The notes under the pieces are model-generated. The model made no database searches. It was given only the letters and a program-made list of their open reading frames with translations, and was not told the origin of the DNA. A stretch of DNA of 64,000 nt, taken from positions 4,254 to 68,253 of the forward strand of contig CAZMOK010000007.1 of the NCBI GenBank assembly GCA_964567785.1. Reading direction: 5' to 3'. Shown in pieces: positions 28,541 through 35,334 of the stretch (the stretch's first letter is position 1; every line of letters starts with the position of its first letter). Source of the stretch: an uncultured Bacteroidales bacterium (GTDB lineage Bacteria; Bacteroidota; Bacteroidia; Bacteroidales; JAGOPY01). The translations under genes were made by a program, and so were the position numbers.

Positions 28541-29164
28541 ATGAGATCCATGAAATTGAAATACGTAATCAGTGCAGCCATATTGATCCTGTTGGGTTTC
28601 ATTCTCGTTATACTGCCCGACAGGTCAGAATCTGATGACCTGGAACCTGAGATCCTCCTGCAGGAGATCATTGATCCCGGTAGGTTCCTGACCACCGACA
28701 TGATTGCAGAAAGGCTGGTAAATGAAGACCCTTCACTCTTCCTCGTTGATGTCAGGTCCATATACGACTATCAAGAGTTCACACTGCCTGGTGCTTTTAA
28801 CATCCCGCTTAAAGAGATTCTCATGGATCAATGGCAGGAATATTTGTCGCAATACGGAAAAGATGTTGTTTTCTTTTCGAATGGATCCATTAAGGCCGAC
28901 AAAGCCTGGATCCTTTCGAGAAGGCAGGGCCATAAAGATATCTTTGTTATGAAGGGCGGACTTAATGAATGGTTCAGGACAGTGATGAACCCTGTGCCAC
29001 CTCCCCAGACTGCCCCTAAGGAAGCCTTTGAACTCTATTCTTTCAGAAGGGGCGCTGCACAATTTTTTACTGGGGGCAATACTATTGAGCCTCCGGAAGT
29101 GGAAGCAGAGAAGGTAACCGTAAGCAGGAAAAAGAAAAAAACCGTTGTTGAAGGAGGGTGCTAG
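28541..29164 (+). CDS. Membrane-anchored rhodanese-homology protein without a loop Cys, ending in the ...RKKKKTVVEGGC tail (paralog 1)
   Basis: N-terminal TM anchor. Rhodanese pattern FLVDVRSIYDYQEFTLPGAFNIP...VVFFSNGSIKADKAW...MKGGLNEW, with Ser where the catalytic Cys normally sits. The only Cys is the C-terminal residue. Confidence 0.75.
   Translation: MRSMKLKYVISAAILILLGFILVILPDRSESDDLEPEILLQEIIDPGRFLTTDMIAERLVNEDPSLFLVDVRSIYDYQEFTLPGAFNIPLKEILMDQWQEYLSQYGKDVVFFSNGSIKADKAWILSRRQGHKDIFVMKGGLNEWFRTVMNPVPPPQTAPKEAFELYSFRRGAAQFFTGGNTIEPPEVEAEKVTVSRKKKKTVVEGGC
29134..29162 (+). repeat. 29-nt direct repeat copy 1 (encodes KKTVVEGGC)
   Basis: GAAAAAAACCGTTGTTGAAGGaGGGTGCT. Matches 29781-29809 at 28 of 29 positions. 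Confidence 0.9.
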
Positions 29165-29166
29165 AT

Positions 29167-29811
29167 ATGGAAAAAAAAGGTAAGAGAACACTGAACTCAG
29201 TTATTGCCTTCATAATGATCATTGTGATCCTTGTGGCAGGCTATATATTGATCGTACCTTCCGACATTGATTACCAGCTCAGCACCGAGGAGATGCTTGA
29301 GAAGGCAGCCATGTCGGATTACCAGGTTTACCCCGAAGATGTAGCTTATTTTGCAGATACAGAAGATGAAGGTTTTTTCCTGGTGGATGTGAGGGACCCT
29401 CACTCCTACCAGACCGCCCATATAGGCAATGCTGTCAATATCCCGGTCCATGATCTGCTGGAATACGAAAACAGGCAACTCTTCGATAAACTTGCTGAAG
29501 ATTCCTTGGAAGTTATCCTTTATGGTAAAGACCAGTTGGAAGCCAACGGAGGCTGGATGCTGCTCCGACAGCTCGGATACAGTAATGTAAAAGTTATGCT
29601 GGGTGGTTACGATTACTACTCAACCAGTTCCCTCAATCTCTACGACCTTCCTGAAATACCTGAATATATGGTAGAAGAGCCCATGTTTGATTTTGCAGGT
29701 ACCATGGAAGAGATGAGTGGGGGTGATTTTGAAGTAACTCCGGCTGATCAGCCTGAAATGGTCGTACCCATCCGAAAGAAGAAAAAAACCGTTGTTGAAG
29801 GGGGGTGCTGA
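29167..29811 (+). CDS. Membrane-anchored rhodanese-homology protein without a loop Cys, ending in the ...RKKKKTVVEGGC tail (paralog 2)
   Basis: N-terminal TM anchor. FLVDVRDPHSYQTAHIGNAVNIP...VILYGKDQLEANGGW...MLGGYDYY. The only Cys is the C-terminal residue. ATG 29167 preferred over GTG 29158. Confidence 0.75.
   Translation: MEKKGKRTLNSVIAFIMIIVILVAGYILIVPSDIDYQLSTEEMLEKAAMSDYQVYPEDVAYFADTEDEGFFLVDVRDPHSYQTAHIGNAVNIPVHDLLEYENRQLFDKLAEDSLEVILYGKDQLEANGGWMLLRQLGYSNVKVMLGGYDYYSTSSLNLYDLPEIPEYMVEEPMFDFAGTMEEMSGGDFEVTPADQPEMVVPIRKKKKTVVEGGC
29781..29809 (+). repeat. 29-nt direct repeat copy 2 (encodes KKTVVEGGC)
   Basis: GAAAAAAACCGTTGTTGAAGGgGGGTGCT. Matches 29134-29162 at 28 of 29 positions. 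Confidence 0.9.
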
Positions 29812-29813
29812 TA

Positions 29814-30500
29814 TTATCCGTTACGGCTGATATTGATCAGCCTTTCGTAATCCAGTATCCCGATGTCCTTCGCATCTATCCTGATCACACCAATATCAGA
29901 TAATTCTTTCAATGCACGCGTTACACTTTCCCTTGTAACGCCGATCCATGCAGCCAGGTCGTTGCGGGTCAGTATAAAATCGAATTCCTTTTTCCTGTGG
30001 ATCTCATCTGCAAAAAAGAGTATCGCATCTGCAAGGCGACCGTTAACTTGCTTTTGGGATAGGTTTACGAACCTCTCGAAATAAGAAAGCTCATCCTGAC
30101 ACAGGTATATGATTATTTCATAGGAAAATTCGGGGTTCCTCTTCAGTAATTGCCTGAAAGAGAAATTGTCAATGTAACAAACCCTCGAATCCATAAGTGC
30201 TGATGCTGAATACCGGTGTATCTTCTGCGACAGTATGGTTTGAAGTCCTATATATGAACCGGGAGCAATAATTTTCAAGATCTGGTCTTTTCCACTCGGA
30301 CCGGTCATGTGTATTTTTGCCAGTCCTGATTTGATATAGGCTATGTGCGACGACAACTTGCCCTGATGAATTATGCTATCTCCCTTTTTCAGGGTGACCT
30401 CAGCACAATTCTCATTCAAAAATTCCAGCTCTTTATTGCCAAGGGTTTCTACAGCCCTTGATTTTATAGAACAATTCTTACATTCCTGCTTTTTCACCAA
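29814..30500 (-). CDS. Crp/Fnr family transcriptional regulator (paralog 2)
   Basis: cNMP-binding-like barrel plus HTH LTRNDLAAWIGVTRESVTRALKELSDIG, with R-E-x3-R as in the E. coli CRP recognition helix. N-terminal Cys pair C7/C10. Confidence 0.85.
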   Translation of the reverse strand: MVKKQECKNCSIKSRAVETLGNKELEFLNENCAEVTLKKGDSIIHQGKLSSHIAYIKSGLAKIHMTGPSGKDQILKIIAPGSYIGLQTILSQKIHRYSASALMDSRVCYIDNFSFRQLLKRNPEFSYEIIIYLCQDELSYFERFVNLSQKQVNGRLADAILFFADEIHRKKEFDFILTRNDLAAWIGVTRESVTRALKELSDIGVIRIDAKDIGILDYERLINISRNG

Positions 30501-30519
30501 CTAATTACTTTATAGTTAT

Positions 30520-30535
30520 TGTGACATAAATCACA
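30520..30535. promoter_or_regulatory. Perfect CRP-consensus palindrome TGTGA-cataaa-TCACA
   Basis: Read directly from the sequence. It lies 20 nt upstream of the paralog-2 regulator start, in the divergent intergenic region. Confidence 0.65.
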
Positions 30536-30600
30536 CACAAATATATTAATTATCACAGTCATGAGGGATGCATATCACGCCTTTTTGTATTAAATATCAC
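30530..30600 (+). repeat. Four ATCAC half-sites phased at exactly 22 bp
   Basis: ATCAC at 30530, 30552, 30574 and 30596. The first is the right arm of the palindrome. Confidence 0.7.
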
Positions 30601-30675
30601 TTATTTATATGTAGAATTATATATGTATAATCGTAATTTTATATTGTAGTTATAAATACTTAAAAGCATTCGGAT

Positions 30676-30897
30676 ATGAGACATACACTGGCAAACTTTG
30701 CAATACTTTTTGGCTTTATCGGCTTTTTGGGATATATTTTCCTTATTATCGCCGGTTTTTTGGGTTGCTGTGCCGGAATTACAACGCTTTTTTATCACAA
30801 GATGGTTATGTTCATTCTGATAGCAGCAGTGGTTATTTTCGGTATCTGTATGTATAATAATTGTTGCAGTGTAATAAGAAAAAAGAACGCTAAATAA
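30676..30897 (+). CDS. 73-aa two-TM membrane protein with two CC pairs
   Basis: Hydrophobic helices FAILFGFIGFLGYIFLIIAGFLGCC and MFILIAAVVIFGIC. Basic C-terminus. A hairpin plus T-run follows. No family recognised. Confidence 0.5.
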   Translation: MRHTLANFAILFGFIGFLGYIFLIIAGFLGCCAGITTLFYHKMVMFILIAAVVIFGICMYNNCCSVIRKKNAK

Positions 30898-30930
30898 CTA
30901 CTCAGCCACTTAATAATTCTACATAAGTTG

Positions 30931-30965
30931 CATCCATATGCCTGATGGCGTATGGATGTTTTTTA
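30931..30965 (+). terminator. Rho-independent terminator after the 73-aa gene
   Basis: CATCCATA-tgcctgatggcg-TATGGATG followed by a T6 run. Confidence 0.6.
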
Positions 30966-31085
30966 TTCCAAAGAACTCATTTACAATCTAAAAATAACAC
31001 TCAAATATGATATAGCCAATATATAGCTCTTCAAAATCATTATAAATAAGCATGTGGAACACTCTATTTACTATTTTTGTTTTTC

Positions 31086-31937
31086 ATGGCAGAAACGGTT
31101 TCAAGCAAGAAAAGGAAAGAGGGTGGCAAGAAGGATGAAAAGGAGATGTCATTCTGGGAGCACCTTGAAGAGTTGCGCTGGCATTTGGTGAGATCCATTG
31201 CGGCAGTGCTTGTTATTGCCGTGATTGCCTTTCTCAACCGGCACCTGGTCTTCGACCAGATAATACTGGCACCTAAAGATTCAGAATTTATTACCAATAG
31301 ACTGCTTTGCAGGCTTTCCGAAATACTCAATGTAAAAGCCCTTTGCCTCGACAATCTCTCACTGAGCATAATCAACATCCGGATGTCGGGGCAGTTCCTC
31401 ACGCACATGTACGTTTCCATTATTTCGGGAGTCGTGCTTGCATTCCCGTACATAATATACGAGATATGGAGATTTGTACAGCCGGCGCTCTATGCAAAGG
31501 AAAAAAAACACTCAAGGGGCGCTGTCATTGTTAGCAGCCTGTTGTTCCTGGTCGGCGTTTTTTTCAGTTATTTTCTTATAGTTCCTCTTACGCTGCACTT
31601 TCTTGGCACCTACCAGGTAAGCGGTAACGTTGAGAACACGATCTCCCTGAGCTCATACATAAGCACTGTTGTGTCTGTGACATTCGCCGTAGGAATTGTT
31701 TTCGAGCTTCCGATACTGGTGTATTTCCTTACCAGGGTTGGTTTGCTCACTCCCGGCTTTATGAAGAAGAACAGGAAATATATGATCGTCATTCTCCTCC
31801 TGCTCTCGGCCATAATTACCCCGCCCGATGTCTTCAGCCAGATCATGGTGGTTATACCCCTGATGGGGCTCTACGAGCTGAGTATTTCCATATCAAAAAG
31901 GGTATTCAGAAAGAGAACAATGGAACTTGCAGGGTAA
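31086..31937 (+). CDS. tatC: Twin-arginine translocase subunit TatC
   Basis: MSFWEHLEELRWHLVRSI, six TM helices, PPDVFSQ motif. Start could be 31077 or 31086. Confidence 0.9.
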   Translation: MAETVSSKKRKEGGKKDEKEMSFWEHLEELRWHLVRSIAAVLVIAVIAFLNRHLVFDQIILAPKDSEFITNRLLCRLSEILNVKALCLDNLSLSIINIRMSGQFLTHMYVSIISGVVLAFPYIIYEIWRFVQPALYAKEKKHSRGAVIVSSLLFLVGVFFSYFLIVPLTLHFLGTYQVSGNVENTISLSSYISTVVSVTFAVGIVFELPILVYFLTRVGLLTPGFMKKNRKYMIVILLLLSAIITPPDVFSQIMVVIPLMGLYELSISISKRVFRKRTMELAG

Positions 31938-31941
31938 GATA

Positions 31942-32721
31942 TCAACCGACTTTTTCCAGGAACCGGCTTGTAATTTCAAAAAACTCATCGGGCTCATCAG
32001 CATGCACCCAATGGGTCCCGTTATCTATCTTAGCTATTTTCGCATCGGGAAAATTCTTGCGTATAGGTGCAATATCCTCGTCGAGAATATAATCTGACTG
32101 TCCTCCCCTTATGAAAAGCGCCGGGTTATCAAACCTTGTTGAATAGAAAACCCCATCGTACATTGACTCAAGGTTCTCCCTTATCGCCTTCAGGTTCAAA
32201 CGCCAGTCGAGCCTGTCCTTTTCTTTCCAATGCAGGTTTTTCAGGAGAAATTGCCTTATCCTGAGGTCCTTGATGCTCCCCTTCAACTGCTCCTCAACGT
32301 CGCTCCTGTTCTCCGCATTATCAAAATCGACAGAAAGCATGGCATCTATCAATGATCTGTGATATCCGAAACGCATATAGGTCCTCAGGCTTGTGTCAAC
32401 AACGACCAGGGCCTTTACAACTTCGGGATTTTCAAGGGTATATCGCATGGCAACTTTTCCACCCATCGAGTGGCCCATTATGACAGGCGATCTGAGGTCA
32501 TGTTCATCTATGAACTCACCAAGGTCATCCACCATTGCGTAATAATTAAAGGTATTGTGATGCGGGCTGTGACCGTGGTTTCTCTGGTCAGGGATATATA
32601 CTTCGTAGCCTTTGTCAGCCATCCGCCTGCCATAGGTTACCCAGTTATCAGATATTCCCAGCACTCCGTGCAGGATGATCAAAGGCTTACCCTCTCCGTA
32701 TTTTCTGTAAAAAAGATCCAT
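31942..32721 (-). CDS. Alpha/beta-fold hydrolase (esterase YbfF-like)
   Basis: HG oxyanion motif (LIILHGVLG) and nucleophile elbow GHSMGG. 259 aa. Confidence 0.75.
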   Translation of the reverse strand: MDLFYRKYGEGKPLIILHGVLGISDNWVTYGRRMADKGYEVYIPDQRNHGHSPHHNTFNYYAMVDDLGEFIDEHDLRSPVIMGHSMGGKVAMRYTLENPEVVKALVVVDTSLRTYMRFGYHRSLIDAMLSVDFDNAENRSDVEEQLKGSIKDLRIRQFLLKNLHWKEKDRLDWRLNLKAIRENLESMYDGVFYSTRFDNPALFIRGGQSDYILDEDIAPIRKNFPDAKIAKIDNGTHWVHADEPDEFFEITSRFLEKVG

Positions 32722-32747
32722 AAAAGCCTGATTTATTGTTTAATCTA

Positions 32748-33449
32748 TTATTTTATCCTGTCAAGGTTTAGCTCCGCACCATACCCTTCAAGGTTGAAGT
32801 ATTTCCTGAAGAAATAGAGAAACAGATATATAACCGGGGTATCAAGCAGGGCAAACATTACTTTGAACAGGAAACCGTTCCATAACAATCCGAAAAAGAG
32901 GTTCCATTCCAGGGCGCCAAAGGAGCAAAGTAAAAAAAGGACCGTAAAAGTATCGATGAACTGGGAAGCAAAGGTAGAAGCATTGTTCCTGAACCAGAGA
33001 TGCTTTCCCTTTGTAACCCTCTTCCAGAAATGAAAGATCTGCACATCGAAGAACTGCGCTATAAGGTAAGCGGCCATTGATGCAGCTACGGCAATAAAAG
33101 TGAACCCGAACACATGCCTGAATTCTTCATCGCTAACAGGGGACCAGTCGGTAGCAGGGGCAATGTTCGAGATTATTACGATCGACAGCATGAAAACACT
33201 TGCAAACAGCCCTGCGAGGACAACTTTGTTGGCCCTTTTCCTGCCATAAACTTCTGAAATAATATCCGTAACCAGGAAAGTGACAGGGTAAGGGATTAAA
33301 CCCACTGATAGCCTGAACTCATAAATGCCGAAAGGGTCCCAGCTGAAAAATTTCTGGAAGATCAGGTTAGCGGTGACCAGGGCAGCTACAAACAACCCTG
33401 CCAGCACCAGGAATATAGTTTCTGCTTGTTTTCTTTTGTCGGGGTTCAT
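32748..33449 (-). CDS. Queuosine precursor transporter (YhhQ/DUF165, VUT family)
   Basis: Multi-TM with the PYPVTFLVTDIISEVYG motif. Confidence 0.75.
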   Translation of the reverse strand: MNPDKRKQAETIFLVLAGLFVAALVTANLIFQKFFSWDPFGIYEFRLSVGLIPYPVTFLVTDIISEVYGRKRANKVVLAGLFASVFMLSIVIISNIAPATDWSPVSDEEFRHVFGFTFIAVAASMAAYLIAQFFDVQIFHFWKRVTKGKHLWFRNNASTFASQFIDTFTVLFLLCSFGALEWNLFFGLLWNGFLFKVMFALLDTPVIYLFLYFFRKYFNLEGYGAELNLDRIK

Positions 33450-34165
33450 CAGGTCATCAGTTCTCTCCTGTATAGTTGAACAGTGTTTTCAAGGCCATAA
33501 TACAGTGCATCGCTTATAAGTGCGTGTCCTATGGAAACTTCAAGTAGACCCGGTATTTTTTTAGTGAAAAAACCAAGATTATGAAGGTTCAGGTCGTGGC
33601 CGGCGTTAAGCCCCAGGCCAGCATCCATGGCCAGTTTCGCTGCTTCAACGAATGGGCTGATGGCTTTTTCACGGTTACTTTTATAACCGGCTGCATAACT
33701 TTCTGTATACAACTCCAACCTGTCGGTGCCGGTTTCCGGTGCATGTTTTATCATCTCAGCATCGGGATCAATGAACAGGGAAGTTCGTATCCCCTTGTCC
33801 TGAAATGTTTTTATGACATCCCTGAGGAAATCCCTGTAATTGATCGTGTTCCAGCCATGATCAGAGGTCAGTTGGCCCGGGTCGTCGGGTACCAGCGTAA
33901 CCTGTTCGGGGACTACTTCAAGAACCAGGCTGATGAAACCGTCTGTGGGGTTTCCTTCAATATTGAATTCTGTTTTCACAACCGGCCTTAATTCCCGCAC
34001 ATCTTTATATCGGATATGGCGTTCATCAGGCCGGGGATGTACAGTGATACCTTCGGCACCGTATTCCTGGCATTTTATTGCAGCCTTTATTACATCAGGG
34101 ATATTTCCACCCCTGGCATTCCTCAAAGTTGCTATTTTATTAATGTTTACGCTCAGCCTTGTCAT
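33449..34165 (-). CDS. pdxJ: Pyridoxine 5'-phosphate synthase
   Basis: LSVNINKIATLRNARG, HPRPDERH and NAGHDLN motifs. 238 aa. Confidence 0.9.
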   Translation of the reverse strand: MTRLSVNINKIATLRNARGGNIPDVIKAAIKCQEYGAEGITVHPRPDERHIRYKDVRELRPVVKTEFNIEGNPTDGFISLVLEVVPEQVTLVPDDPGQLTSDHGWNTINYRDFLRDVIKTFQDKGIRTSLFIDPDAEMIKHAPETGTDRLELYTESYAAGYKSNREKAISPFVEAAKLAMDAGLGLNAGHDLNLHNLGFFTKKIPGLLEVSIGHALISDALYYGLENTVQLYRRELMT

Positions 34166-34293
34166 TTGTGATAAATTGATCTACAAAACTAACAATTTAG
34201 ACTATGAAGAACACATATTAAAGAAATACAGGCTTTACCCGTAGCCTCTGAGCCTATTTTTATATTTTAGGTGCTCATTAAAGAATAACAACA

Positions 34294-34746
34294 ATGAGAG
34301 CAGTTATACAAAGGGTAAAGCAAGCAGAAGTGAAGGTCGACGGCAAGGCTACAGGCATTATAGCCGAGGGGATACTGATCCTTCTGGGAATCGTGGATGA
34401 AGACAATGAAGAGGACATTGAATGGCTGGCAGGAAAGATATCGAAGCTCAGGATATTCGATGATGCAGAAGGTGTAATGAACCTCTCAGTAAATGATGTG
34501 GGGGGAGAGATACTCGTTGTGAGCCAGTTTACCCTTCACGCAAGCACTAAAAAAGGTAACCGGCCTTCATACATTAAAGCCGCAGCACCGGAAAAAGCCA
34601 TACCACTGTATGGATCGTTCAAGGAAAAGATCTCCCAATTCACGGGAAAAAAAGCTGAATCGGGTGAATTTGGCGCCAGAATGGATGTCAGCCTGGTCAA
34701 CAGTGGCCCTGTAACAATTATCATCGATACTAAAAACCGTGAATGA
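34294..34746 (+). CDS. dtd: D-aminoacyl-tRNA deacylase
   Basis: MRAVIQRV... and SQFTLHA...G.RPSY motifs. 150 aa. Confidence 0.9.
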   Translation: MRAVIQRVKQAEVKVDGKATGIIAEGILILLGIVDEDNEEDIEWLAGKISKLRIFDDAEGVMNLSVNDVGGEILVVSQFTLHASTKKGNRPSYIKAAAPEKAIPLYGSFKEKISQFTGKKAESGEFGARMDVSLVNSGPVTIIIDTKNRE

Positions 34747-34818
34747 CATACCGGCAGGATCTATATCCTGAAGCTCAGACTTGAAATTCTTTTTCAGCCA
34801 GGCGGTTTCATGGTCCAT

Positions 34819-34847
34819 AAAAAAACCCCCCACCGCTAAGTGGGAGG
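34819..34847 (-). terminator. Rho-independent terminator of the Cys/Lys-rich small gene
   Basis: On the minus strand CCTCCCAC-ttagcg-GTGGGGGG is followed by a T7 run. Confidence 0.6.
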
Positions 34848-34877
34848 CCAAAAACCAAATTAATTAATTGAAAAAAA

Positions 34878-35183
34878 TTACTTTTTATCAGGGCATTCTT
34901 TTGAACAGTCTTTTGCACAGTCTCCTTTTGAGGCCATGGCAGTGGATGCTTTGTCACCGCATTTCGATGCCTTAGCGCAACATCCTTTGTCAGAAGCCTT
35001 AGAAGCACTAGCACAAGCTTTTTCTTCCTTAACTTCTGCCTTCTTCTTGTCACCATCCTTGGCCGGATCCTTGTCAAGTTCAACAATTTCTACTCCTGTT
35101 GTGGCTGCTGAGACATTATCAACAGTAACAGCGCCGAAGAGAATGAATGTGAAAAAGCCAAGTGCGAGAACTACTTTTTTCAT
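34878..35183 (-). CDS. 101-aa secreted Lys/Cys-rich protein (possible metal or thiol binder)
   Basis: Signal peptide MKKVVLALGFFTFILFGAVTV. C-terminal 50 aa hold 8 Cys in K/A/S-rich context (KACASASKASDKGCCAKASKCGDK...GDCAKDCSKECPDKK). Has its own terminator. Confidence 0.6.
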   Translation of the reverse strand: MKKVVLALGFFTFILFGAVTVDNVSAATTGVEIVELDKDPAKDGDKKKAEVKEEKACASASKASDKGCCAKASKCGDKASTAMASKGDCAKDCSKECPDKK

Positions 35184-35334
35184 ACTTTTGAATTTTAGAG
35201 ATTGTTAATTAGATCTTTAAGTTGACATGACAAATGTAATGCGTCATCCTCCCCCTTCCTGTTAATCGCTTGTTAAAAACTGTTAACGAAACGTTAATAT
35301 AATAATGCTCTGATTCACAAGGGCTAAATTTGTC

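Noticed and set aside
29128-29164. The ...KKKKTVVEGGC tail as a sorting signal (GlyGly-CTERM, MYXO-CTERM or CaaX-like) or as a ubiquitin-like GG acyl-adenylation terminus with a cleavable extra residue.
   Set aside because: No TM helix or basic cluster follows the GG(C), as the CTERM sorting signals require. There is no aaX after the Cys. The upstream fold is rhodanese-like rather than beta-grasp. A swinging-arm Cys carrier is the more economical reading.
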